This document shows positions 22,914 through 31,947 of a stretch of DNA of 64,000 nucleotides, in pieces. The stretch's first letter is position 1. Each line of letters opens with the position of its first letter. A program made the translations under genes and the position numbers. Source of the stretch: Pontiella sp. Its GTDB lineage: Bacteria > Verrucomicrobiota > Kiritimatiellia > Kiritimatiellales > Pontiellaceae. The stretch covers positions 64,001 to 128,000 of the forward strand of contig JBNKHE010000006.1 in the NCBI GenBank assembly GCA_050290185.1, in the 5' to 3' direction. The notes below the pieces were generated by a model that did not search any database, was not told the origin of the DNA, and was given only the letters and a program-made list of their open reading frames with translations.

Positions 22914-24782
22914 ATGCTCACATTTAAACTGATTCGTAAAATTGGAAAAATCCTGCGTGGCGGCGCAGGCCGAAAAGAAATCATGCTGGGCACTTTGTGC
23001 GGCGTCTTCATCGGCTTCAATCCCTCGTTCAGTTTCACCCTGACCCTGGCCATTCTGCTGACCCTGCTGCTCAATGCAAACATCAGCTTTACCGTGCTGG
23101 GCGTAGCGGCAGGGAAATTGCTCAGCTTCATACTCGCCCCCCTCAGTTTCCATACGGGCTTCTTCATTATTCACAACCTGGGTATGGAAGATCTTTTCCG
23201 ATCGCTCTGCAACGCTCCCATCACTGCACTCATGAAGCTTAATGTCTACGCTATGATCGGAAGCCTGCCGTATGCGCTGGTCATCGGACTCGCCCTTGGA
23301 GCCCTGCTGGGAACAGCGGTTATCCGGATACGGAAAAAGATGCTCGAAGCGGATCAGCATGAAATCATCGGGAAGACTTTCGGCAACAAGTTTTCCCGTC
23401 TTCTGCTTCGGCTGGCATTTGGGAAGAGCAAGCTTTCGCTGGACGAGGAAGTCGTTACGAAAGCCCCCTGGATGCGCAAGTCCGGACTTATTCTGGTCGT
23501 GTCTGTCGCCGTAATTGGAGTGGTCTTTGAATTCTTCCTGCTAGATGTCATCGTCCGGAAAGGTCTTGAGACATCTATCTCCTCCTCCACCGGGGCAGAA
23601 GTCAATATTGCCGAGGCCCATCTCTCCATGGCCAAGGGAGAACTCTCCATACATGGACTTGAGGTCACCGACCCCGACAAGCCTACCCATAACCTGATCC
23701 AGATCGACACCCTTGCGGCAGATATCAACGTCAGCGAGCTGCTTAGCCGGAACTACGCAATCGACCTGCTGGCCTGCAGCACACTGAAAAGGGATGTCCT
23801 GCGCTCATCGCCCGGAGCAGTCTATGAAGAAACGAAAGAACCCGAAGAGGTAGAGCCGGCCAAAAACGAGCCGGGTAAATCGCTGGAAGACTATTTTGCC
23901 AAGGCCAGGGACTGGGAGAAATATGGGAAAAAAGCCTACGACTATCTGAAAACGCACAAGGAGAATGCGAAGAGCGAAATGGCGGAAGAAAAGCCCGCCG
24001 CCAGCAAGGCAACCGCCCTAGTGAGTGCCGAGAAGCTGGGCTATCTCAAGGCATTCGCGGACCTTGCGGCCGATCATCCGGCATGGCTTATACACAAGAT
24101 CCGAGTAGAACAGGTTAATCTTGGCAATGGTTTCCCAGAACAGGTATTCATCGCGTCGGAGGTTAGCAGCCACCCCGAACTGAACCGAAAACCTACGAGT
24201 TTTGCCATGTTTCCCATCGGGAGTTCCGACGCCTCCCTCAAGGTCGTTCTGCGCTTTGACGATCCATCCGCGTTGCATGCCGTCGACATTAACCTGCAGG
24301 GCATTCCTATCGGTGATGCGGTTGAAACGAGTGACTCCTTCCCGGTTGATATCCATGACGGCACAGCGGACATCCGGGCATCGGGCCGGTTTTCTGCCGA
24401 TGACCTTGCTATTCCCTTCACCCTTCTCATCCATGAGCTCAAGGCCAATGTTGAGGACGGGGAACAGGTCATGGGAATGGATGCCGACACCGCATCCGAA
24501 GTGTTTAGCTCCATGGAACAGCTTGAAATCAACGGAGCACTTGGGGGTTCCTTGCTGTTGCCTCGCGTATCTATCGACTACGAAAAGTTAACGGCAAACA
24601 TGAAGAATGCGCTGGTATCTGCCGGCAAGAAGGAGCTGTCTAAACGGGCTAACGCCGAGATGGACAAAGCGAAGGATGAGCTAAAGAAGCAAGCCGGCGA
24701 AGAGGTCAACAAGCTTCTGGGGGGCGATGAGGGCGAGTCGACCGGAGATAAAGCCAAGAATGCCCTTAAAAAACTCTTCTAG
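22914..24782 (+). CDS. Membrane protein, apparent fusion of TIGR03546-like (DUF2062) and TIGR03545/AsmA-like domains
   Basis: Multi-TM N-terminus; GAEVNI...LEVTDPDKP.HNL AsmA-like N-module; Lys-rich C-terminal helix (LKKLF). Confidence 0.65.
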   Translation: MLTFKLIRKIGKILRGGAGRKEIMLGTLCGVFIGFNPSFSFTLTLAILLTLLLNANISFTVLGVAAGKLLSFILAPLSFHTGFFIIHNLGMEDLFRSLCNAPITALMKLNVYAMIGSLPYALVIGLALGALLGTAVIRIRKKMLEADQHEIIGKTFGNKFSRLLLRLAFGKSKLSLDEEVVTKAPWMRKSGLILVVSVAVIGVVFEFFLLDVIVRKGLETSISSSTGAEVNIAEAHLSMAKGELSIHGLEVTDPDKPTHNLIQIDTLAADINVSELLSRNYAIDLLACSTLKRDVLRSSPGAVYEETKEPEEVEPAKNEPGKSLEDYFAKARDWEKYGKKAYDYLKTHKENAKSEMAEEKPAASKATALVSAEKLGYLKAFADLAADHPAWLIHKIRVEQVNLGNGFPEQVFIASEVSSHPELNRKPTSFAMFPIGSSDASLKVVLRFDDPSALHAVDINLQGIPIGDAVETSDSFPVDIHDGTADIRASGRFSADDLAIPFTLLIHELKANVEDGEQVMGMDADTASEVFSSMEQLEINGALGGSLLLPRVSIDYEKLTANMKNALVSAGKKELSKRANAEMDKAKDELKKQAGEEVNKLLGGDEGESTGDKAKNALKKLF

Positions 24783-24791
24783 AAAAAGCTG

Positions 24792-25313
24792 TTACTCCGT
24801 TTTTTCCCTTTCCTTAGGGGCCACATCAACTGGAGTAAACTTAAGAGAAGCTGAGTTGATGCAATAACGCAAGCCGGTCGGCGGAGGTCCGTCGGGGAAT
24901 ACATGCCCAAGATGAGCCCCGCATTTACTGCAAGTTACCTCCGTCCGGATCATTCCGTGCGAGGTATCCTTGTGTTCGATAATGACATCCTCAGTGAGCG
25001 GCTTGAAATAGCTGGGCCATCCACAACCGGCATCAAATTTCGTATCGGAAAGGAACAGGTCCTGCCCGCAACATACACAGGAATAAATCCCGACATCCTT
25101 CGTGTCCCAATACTCACCTGTAAACGGCCTTTCAGTACCTTGCTGACGGGTTACATAGTATTGCATTTCCGTCAGTTGCTCCTGCCACTCTGCATCGGTC
25201 TTAACCATCTTGTTGGTCATGGTTGATTCCTTTTCCTCTCCCTCATCTGCTGCACAGGCCGTCAGCACAAGTGACAGCATAATCATGATTGCCGGTATCG
25301 TTCTCATAATCAC
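24792..25313 (-). CDS. msrB: Peptide-methionine (R)-S-oxide reductase with lipoprotein signal
   Basis: [41 protein letters not shown]-terminal lipobox LTAC; AAGGAG RBS. Confidence 0.95.
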   Translation of the reverse strand: MIMRTIPAIMIMLSLVLTACAADEGEEKESTMTNKMVKTDAEWQEQLTEMQYYVTRQQGTERPFTGEYWDTKDVGIYSCVCCGQDLFLSDTKFDAGCGWPSYFKPLTEDVIIEHKDTSHGMIRTEVTCSKCGAHLGHVFPDGPPPTGLRYCINSASLKFTPVDVAPKEREKTE

Positions 25314-25475
25314 TCCTTGCCAATGAAGACACCCTTATTGACTCTGCGTTCAATCATCACCCACCAGTACACAAGGCGCCAACACATTAACGATGCACCC
25401 GGTATAATCATCGTACGCTTTGATTGATTTTATGGCAGGTGGGCATTAGGTTGCCCTTCCAAAACGGAGCAGGCT

Positions 25476-25790
25476 ATGTCCGACGACTGGATTGACATCA
25501 AAAAGGATCCCAAGCATGTTGCGCGGGAGCGCACGAAAGCCAAGGAGCTGCGCAAAAGTGCCTGGTGGAAACAGCAGCTCGCCCATGGAACTTGCCATTA
25601 TTGTGGAAAAGCCTTCCCGGCAGACGAGCTGACCATGGACCATATCCTGCCGGTTGTGCGAGGAGGCAAAAGCTCCAAAAGCAACTGCGTCCCCTGTTGC
25701 AAGCAGTGCAACAACGAAAAAAAATACCTTACCCCCGCCGAGATCATCCTCCGGGAGCTAGAAAACAAGGATACTCCACCTTCCGGCTAA
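25476..25790 (+). CDS. Small standalone HNH endonuclease
   Basis: CHYC...TMDHILP..RGG....N....CKQCN. Confidence 0.9.
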   Translation: MSDDWIDIKKDPKHVARERTKAKELRKSAWWKQQLAHGTCHYCGKAFPADELTMDHILPVVRGGKSSKSNCVPCCKQCNNEKKYLTPAEIILRELENKDTPPSG

Positions 25791-26785
25791 TCGGCTTTAA
25801 CGATATTAGCCAGTTCTTCACCATTTTCATAGGCCGTAATATTTTCCAGCGTCGTCTGGGCAATGCGGGCAACCGCCTCTTGGGTAAAGTAGGCCTGATG
25901 GCCTGTAATCACCACATTCGGGAAGGTGGTCAGGCGAGCAAAAACATCATCGGTCCTGATTTCGAAGGTTTTATCTTCAAAGAACAGCTCTTCCTCTTCC
26001 TCATAGACATCGATTCCAAGGTATCCGATCTTTTCCGATTTCAACCCCTCTACGGCCGCACGAGAATCGATTAACGCTCCACGACTGGTATTGATGATCA
26101 TCACGCCCTTCTTCATCTTCGCAATGGCATCCATACCGATCAGGTGATAGGTCTCCGTAAAGAGCGGGCAGTGCAGGGAGATGATATCGGATTGTGAAAA
26201 CAAGGCATCAAGGGATACATATTCCACCCCGAATTTATCCTGGCAAACCGGATTCTTGAACTTGTCGTGTGCAATAATTTTGCAGCCAAAACCGTGGAGG
26301 ATACTGGCGACACACTCTCCGATCTTGCCGGTCCCCACCAAGCCTACCGTACGCCCGCGCATATCGAACCCAAGTAGTCCATCGAGTGAAAAGTTCCCTT
26401 CCTTGACGCGGGAGTTGGCCCAGTAGACTTTCCGGTTGAGCGCCAGCATCAGCCCAACGGTATGCTCTGCCACAGCGTAGGGCGAATAGGCGGGTACACG
26501 TACCACAGAAATGCCCAGCTCTTTGGCACTGTTGATATCGACATTATTGAAACCGGCACACCTCAGGGCAATCAGACGCGTTCCCTGCGCCGCCAAGGCA
26601 ATCAGGACCGATGCATCAAGCTGGTCGTTCACGAATGCGCACGCACACTCATACCCCTCAGCCAGCTTTAGTGTTTGGCGGGTTAACCTGGTTTCAAAGT
26701 AGGTAATTTCGTGACCGGCTTGCTTATTGGCCTCGTCAAAAAATTTGCGGTCGTAAGGTTTGGTGCTGAAAAAAGCTATTTTCAT
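25787..26785 (-). CDS. ldhA: NAD-dependent D-lactate / 2-hydroxyacid dehydrogenase
   Basis: LRCAGFNNVD, RVPAYSPYAVAEH, GTGKIG, INTSRG, DVYEEE, TGHQA. Confidence 0.92.
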   Translation of the reverse strand: MKIAFFSTKPYDRKFFDEANKQAGHEITYFETRLTRQTLKLAEGYECACAFVNDQLDASVLIALAAQGTRLIALRCAGFNNVDINSAKELGISVVRVPAYSPYAVAEHTVGLMLALNRKVYWANSRVKEGNFSLDGLLGFDMRGRTVGLVGTGKIGECVASILHGFGCKIIAHDKFKNPVCQDKFGVEYVSLDALFSQSDIISLHCPLFTETYHLIGMDAIAKMKKGVMIINTSRGALIDSRAAVEGLKSEKIGYLGIDVYEEEEELFFEDKTFEIRTDDVFARLTTFPNVVITGHQAYFTQEAVARIAQTTLENITAYENGEELANIVKAD

Positions 26786-26808
26786 TATCGATCCTGCGTA
26801 TTGTGGGG

Positions 26809-27417
26809 TTAGAATAGATCCAGTTGGTCCGGTTGCTCAACAAACTGCGGGAAGCGCATCGCCTCCTTGCCGGTCATCCTGACCAGATCTTCCTCAGCTA
26901 TGGATTCGCCACGAAGTTCAAGCGTCTCAATAAGTTTGGCAAACAAGAGACCGCAATAGGAACTATCCTCCTCGGCCCGATGAAACGTTCCACTGGGAAA
27001 ATTGAAATGACGCACCAGCGTCCAAAGCTTGTAGTTTGGGAGTCCAGGAAAGATCTTGCGCGCCATCGGCAAGGTATCCAACACCACGCCCGTTGGGGCC
27101 TTGGAACGATGGGTTTTCACGTCATCCAATAAAAATTTAAAATCAAAAGGTGCGTTATGCGCCACGAGGGGAAGATCGCCGCAAAATTCCGCGAACTCGC
27201 CCAGAACATCCCCTATCCGGCGCTTTCCATGCACCATTTCATCCGTAATGCCGTTTACCGCCGAAGCATCCAGAGGAATCGGTCGACCAGGATCAACCAG
27301 CGTTCCATAGGTCTTAACAGGACGGCATCCATCAAACAACACCGCTCCTATTTCAACAATCATGTCTTCCTGCGGTTTTGTTCCCGTGGTTTCCAAATCA
27401 AATGCAATGAATTTCAT
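26809..27417 (-). CDS. DEDDh 3'-5' exonuclease (DnaQ/epsilon-like)
   Basis: FDLETTG, VAHNAPFD, HRAEED motifs; C-terminal QLDLF. Confidence 0.9.
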   Translation of the reverse strand: MKFIAFDLETTGTKPQEDMIVEIGAVLFDGCRPVKTYGTLVDPGRPIPLDASAVNGITDEMVHGKRRIGDVLGEFAEFCGDLPLVAHNAPFDFKFLLDDVKTHRSKAPTGVVLDTLPMARKIFPGLPNYKLWTLVRHFNFPSGTFHRAEEDSSYCGLLFAKLIETLELRGESIAEEDLVRMTGKEAMRFPQFVEQPDQLDLF

Positions 27418-27589
27418 AATATAGTACCAATATCGGATGGTTTTACTAAGCGCCACACTAATTGTTAATTAAAACCCAACTAGAATCACCTATCGGCATG
27501 TTCGAAATAGTTCTGCACAGAACTACATAGGCGTCTGTTGGATTCAAAAAAGTCCTATTTCCCGGCGACGCAGGGCTTAACGGTGGGCG

Positions 27590-27757
27590 ATGAAGTTCCT
27601 GCACCTCCGAAACTCGGTACTCGACCTTGTCCTGGAGAAACAAGATGTCGAGGCCAGCATCGATCTTGCGTCGGAGAATATCGACGTGAAAGAGCTCGTC
27701 GGTACGAATGAACCTCCACTCCGATTGATCGGCTGTCTTTCGTTTTATCAGAACTGA
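27590..27757 (+). CDS. Possible 55-aa small protein (not in the ORF track)
   Basis: ATG...TGA ORF MKFLHLRNSVLDLVLEKQDVEASIDLASENIDVKELVGTNEPPLRLIGCLSFYQN, ending 4 nt before a terminator. Confidence 0.4.
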   Translation: MKFLHLRNSVLDLVLEKQDVEASIDLASENIDVKELVGTNEPPLRLIGCLSFYQN

Positions 27758-27761
27758 TAGT

Positions 27762-27794
27762 AAAAAAGCTCCGGAGTAATCTCCGGAGCTTTTT
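27762..27794. terminator. Bidirectional intrinsic terminator
   Basis: A6-GCTCCGGAG-TAAT-CTCCGGAGC-T5. Confidence 0.88.
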
Positions 27795-27846
27795 CGACAG
27801 TCTTGAACCCGCCTGTGAGGCGGATTTTTACACGTAGAGCAATAGT

Positions 27847-30039
27847 TTATTTAGCAATCGCTCTGCGGGCATTCTCACGATCAATGCGAGTCATACCTTT
27901 TTCGTCAACCTGAGTAGCCTTAACGAGAATTACGAGGTTCTTCTTCGCAGACCGGCTTCCTTCACTCCGGAAGAAACGCCCAACATATGGAATGTCACCG
28001 AGAATCGGAACCTGATCACGGAATGTTTCAGTGGTTTCGTCAACCAAGCCGCCCATCATCACAGTGCTTCCGTCAGCCACGGTTACTCGAGTCTGTACAG
28101 AGCGGGTTTCAAAGAACGGCATTTCGGCAAACAGTTCCGTACCATCACCTCTGATTCTTTCATCATAGGTGGTACCGGCATCGTATGCATTGTCGGCTAC
28201 ATGGTAGCCATCAAAGCCTTTGAACTTGCGGATTTCCGGATTCAGCTCAAGCTTGATCGTGTTGCTTTCAGCATCCACCTCAGGCGTAACGCGCAAAACA
28301 ACACCCAAGTCGAAGTCTTCCCAGTCCTGTGGCTTTACAACCGGAGCGGTACGCTGCCCGGTTTCAACATCCCAGTCCTGCGGGAAGCGATGGATTTCAG
28401 TAACGCGAATAACCGCTTCATAACCACTTTGAGTGGTTACCTTCGGAGCGGATAGAATATCGGCAGTACCGTTCTGCTCCAATGCGGATAGATTCAGGTC
28501 AACCGTACCATTCGAGAACAGCATAGAAGGTGCGGCTCCGCCCATTTTTGAGAGAATCCCCGATGTTACGGCATCAAATACAGTCTCGTTTCCGCGCTGT
28601 CCACCGGCAAAAAGGGATTGTCCGCCATTGGCGATTTCCGCGAACCCGTTGATGGGATTATTGTAGAGTACTGAGCCGTTGCTCATGTAGTCCAAAGGAC
28701 CGAAAGCACTAACGGAATTGCCGCCGGTGCTCACCGCAAATTTGTACTGGGTGAGGTCGCCATTAACTCGCGTAGCGCCCGCATAACCACTGTCAGGTCC
28801 ATAATGGGTTCCAGCCAGCTGGAATCCAGCTGCACTTCCACTACCGTATACGTTCCAGTCGAATCCAAGCTCTTCGAGGCTACCTTCACTGAATTCTACA
28901 AACTTGGCTTCGATCTCGACCTGCGAAGACCGACGAGCAATTGCTTCGTCTTCCAGATCATCAACGATGTTTTGAACCTTGCGGATATTTTCGTGGGTAT
29001 TCTTCACGATAAGCTTACGGAAGCTCGGATAGTAGATAGCCGAAGAACCTTCGGGCCAGAGTACAATCGAGAAATAGCTGGAAACATCAATCGGACCGGA
29101 ATCCGAGGACATGGATCCGGAGTCGCCGCCACCGAAGAGATCGTCCATCGAATCTCCGGAGTCGCCGCCGCCTGTCACGGCACCGAGTTCTTCACCCACC
29201 TCGGGAATAACCGAAATGGTTTCCATTTCGACTTCAATCGAACGGACATAGTTAACCGGCATGATCATAACCATATTGGAATCAACAACGAATTTGAGCG
29301 AGGCCATTTCAGTAATCACCTGCAACGCATCGTAGAGACTCATGTCACGAATGGAAATCGTGATATTGTTACCTTCATCCATATCCATGGAATCGCTGGA
29401 AGCCAGCCCAAGAAGAATCATATTGACCCCCTTGCCGGTGCTATCCATACGGCGGCAGGTTTCGGTCAGGAATAGAACAACATCCTTGATGTTGGCATCG
29501 CGGAAGTCGAGCGAAGGGATTTGGATCTGTTTGAGATGCGCCGTCATCTTTTGTACGCCAACCGGAACCTTGATGACCTCAACCTTTTTTCCTAGCTCCA
29601 AAGCAGCCAAAGAATCGCTAAAGTCAGGAGTCCAGCCCTTCTTCACATCTGCGAGCGCCTCGGCACGCACGGTGTCAGTTTTGCGAGCTTCAAGAGCCGC
29701 GATCTTGGCAGCAACCTTGCTCAGGTAACTCATCGCCTTCTTGTTGTAAGGCTCCTTAGCCAGCACAGCCTCAAATACGAGACGGGCTCCGTCATAATCG
29801 CCTGCTTTGAAGGCCTTGATTCCGCTACTCATCAGACCTTCGGGAGACGTATCTATCCCGGTTGTGCCAGCATCGTTTTCAACCGCTGCGGCCATTGCCT
29901 CATCAACAGATGCAGCCGTCTGCATTCCATCGCCTGAATCTGTGGCCATCAAAGCATCAAGCTCCGTATCCTGAGCCCAAATCGCCTGTGCTCCAGCCAT
30001 AAGCACAACCAAAAGAGACGAGATGTAGGTTTTCTTCAT
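27847..30039 (-). CDS. Type II secretion / type IV pilus secretin (GspD/PilQ family) with N-terminal TPR
   Basis: Signal peptide; QVEIEAKFVE, ILSAPKVTT.SG, GVVLRVTPEV, DGST.MMGGL, VPILGDIPYVGRFFRS. Confidence 0.9.
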   Translation of the reverse strand: MKKTYISSLLVVLMAGAQAIWAQDTELDALMATDSGDGMQTAASVDEAMAAAVENDAGTTGIDTSPEGLMSSGIKAFKAGDYDGARLVFEAVLAKEPYNKKAMSYLSKVAAKIAALEARKTDTVRAEALADVKKGWTPDFSDSLAALELGKKVEVIKVPVGVQKMTAHLKQIQIPSLDFRDANIKDVVLFLTETCRRMDSTGKGVNMILLGLASSDSMDMDEGNNITISIRDMSLYDALQVITEMASLKFVVDSNMVMIMPVNYVRSIEVEMETISVIPEVGEELGAVTGGGDSGDSMDDLFGGGDSGSMSSDSGPIDVSSYFSIVLWPEGSSAIYYPSFRKLIVKNTHENIRKVQNIVDDLEDEAIARRSSQVEIEAKFVEFSEGSLEELGFDWNVYGSGSAAGFQLAGTHYGPDSGYAGATRVNGDLTQYKFAVSTGGNSVSAFGPLDYMSNGSVLYNNPINGFAEIANGGQSLFAGGQRGNETVFDAVTSGILSKMGGAAPSMLFSNGTVDLNLSALEQNGTADILSAPKVTTQSGYEAVIRVTEIHRFPQDWDVETGQRTAPVVKPQDWEDFDLGVVLRVTPEVDAESNTIKLELNPEIRKFKGFDGYHVADNAYDAGTTYDERIRGDGTELFAEMPFFETRSVQTRVTVADGSTVMMGGLVDETTETFRDQVPILGDIPYVGRFFRSEGSRSAKKNLVILVKATQVDEKGMTRIDRENARRAIAK

Positions 30040-30631
30040 TATCCTTCCCCTCACTTCTATTTCAAAACGCTGTATCACCCACGAGTTCGTCAGGGTCCGT
30101 GGACAGCATTCACCAAACAACTATCACCCTATTTTTCAATTCCTATGAAACAGGCCATACAATCCCGCTCCAATTACCAACCAATTTTAAACACTTCTCG
30201 GTTCACAGCAGCCGCATAATTCCTGTTACAGCATTAGCGGTAAGCCGTATGCACGTAATAACGCACAGATAATAACGCGCACATAGTACCTACTTCGGTG
30301 CAGTGATCAAGTATATTAATCAACTCAACTATACTTTCTGGATCGATGGGTATCCGCTGTCTCTACATGCCGGAATTCCGCGTCTCGCAGGCGCCTTTCG
30401 ACCCCGCCAGAACAGCACTGTAATACGTAGATGAACAACCGCTTACAAACATGATTGTTTTTCAACAGCCAACACACCGAGCCAGGTTGATATATTTATT
30501 GCTTATTAAACCCAACAACACCATGTCCTGATTCTGAAAAAATATCCCAGATCAAAAGAGGCGCGCATGAGATGCCGATGCAACAGGCGGGAAGAAAATC
30601 AAGCGTCGTCATCCAGCCACCGGCACCGCAT

Positions 30632-31405
30632 TTATCCGAGCAGTTTCGCCGCGGCGATTCCCGGATCAGGTTCGCGCAGCAGACTTTCGCCCACGAGAAT
30701 CGCATGAGCGCCAGCCTGCTTCAGTTGTGCTACGTCTTCCGGCGTCCTGATACCACTTTCACTTATCAGCGTACATGTCCCTGGCGCCAGAGGCGCAAGC
30801 TCAAAGGTGGTGGCCAGCGTTGTGACGAATGTTTTCAGGTTGCGGTTATTGATGCCTATGCAATCGGCTCCTGTATCAACAGCTCTGAGCATCTCCTCCC
30901 GATCATGCACTTCAACCAGCGGCTGAAGACCCAGATCTCGGATTTCAGCAATAAAGGCCGCCAGTTCAGCATCGGTCAGTGCGCCAACGATCAGCAAAAC
31001 AGCCGACGCCCCTATCGTTTTTGCATGGGCGATCTGCCAGGAATCAATGACAAACTCCTTGTAGAGCATTGGGAGAGCAACGGCATTGCGCACAGCGGAA
31101 AAATCTTGTTCCCCGCCCCCAAAATACTTGTGATCCATCAGACAGGATATGGCGCTGGCCCCGTTGACCTGATAGCCCTGTGCAATTTCAACCGGATCGA
31201 AAGGGTCGCGGATCAGTCCGGCCGACGGCGACTTACGTTTGACCTCGGCAATCAAGCCCATCGGCACACTGCGCAAAGCCGCAACGAAATCCGGCTGCGC
31301 CTTTGCGGCCGGATTTTTCGCCAGAAGCTCCGCACGGCTGCACCGCATTTTGCGTTGCGCCACCTCGATCCGTTTATCGGCAATGATCTGTTCTAGAATA
31401 TTCAT
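30632..31405 (-). CDS. trpC: Indole-3-glycerol phosphate synthase
   Basis: IAEVKRKSPSAG, LVEVH, IGINNRNL, ISESGI, LVGESL. Confidence 0.96.
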   Translation of the reverse strand: MNILEQIIADKRIEVAQRKMRCSRAELLAKNPAAKAQPDFVAALRSVPMGLIAEVKRKSPSAGLIRDPFDPVEIAQGYQVNGASAISCLMDHKYFGGGEQDFSAVRNAVALPMLYKEFVIDSWQIAHAKTIGASAVLLIVGALTDAELAAFIAEIRDLGLQPLVEVHDREEMLRAVDTGADCIGINNRNLKTFVTTLATTFELAPLAPGTCTLISESGIRTPEDVAQLKQAGAHAILVGESLLREPDPGIAAAKLLG

Positions 31406-31414
31406 CTCTGGCAG

Positions 31415-31915
31415 TTATTCCGACTCCCACTCACGAACCGTGGGCATTGCGGTTGTTCGGGTGAGCATGTTTTCAATAGGCTTCCCTAGGTCGGCGTTTT
31501 CCCACCACCGTTCCTTCTCGGAGTTTTCCAGGCCAACTTCGTCGCCCCGGTAGGTTGCCACCACGGCATAAATGCCGTCCCGGGGATTGATACACTTCTT
31601 TATGTTCTGCGCCAGAACAACCCCGCTTGTATAGCCCGACTCCTCTTCGAGAAAGCGGTGAATCGTGCGGCAGTGGAAAAACTGAGGGCCCATTTCCTTA
31701 TCACGAGCCTCCAGCAAAATGTAGAAATCCAGGCAAAGCTCATCGAACATGTCTTCCCGCTTTACATCGAATGTCGCAATCAGTGAGAGGCTGGATTCCA
31801 CGCCCATCATCCCCTCAAAATCAACATCCCGCAGACGGATCTCCGACGGCTTCGTTTCGGCCAAGACCGCGCCCGCCATTCCTAGCAAAACAGCAACCAA
31901 TATTATCCTTTTCAT
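31415..31915 (-). CDS. Exported hypothetical protein
   Basis: Signal peptide MKRIILVAVLLGMAGAVLA; co-oriented between prfB and trpC. Confidence 0.65.
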   Translation of the reverse strand: MKRIILVAVLLGMAGAVLAETKPSEIRLRDVDFEGMMGVESSLSLIATFDVKREDMFDELCLDFYILLEARDKEMGPQFFHCRTIHRFLEEESGYTSGVVLAQNIKKCINPRDGIYAVVATYRGDEVGLENSEKERWWENADLGKPIENMLTRTTAMPTVREWESE

Positions 31916-31947
31916 CGCGACCATCCTTTCATTGGGTTTATTCATCC

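Noticed and set aside
25476..25790. HNH gene as a mobile element or defence system
   Set aside because: Standalone, with no partner ATPase, methylase, intron or flanking repeats.
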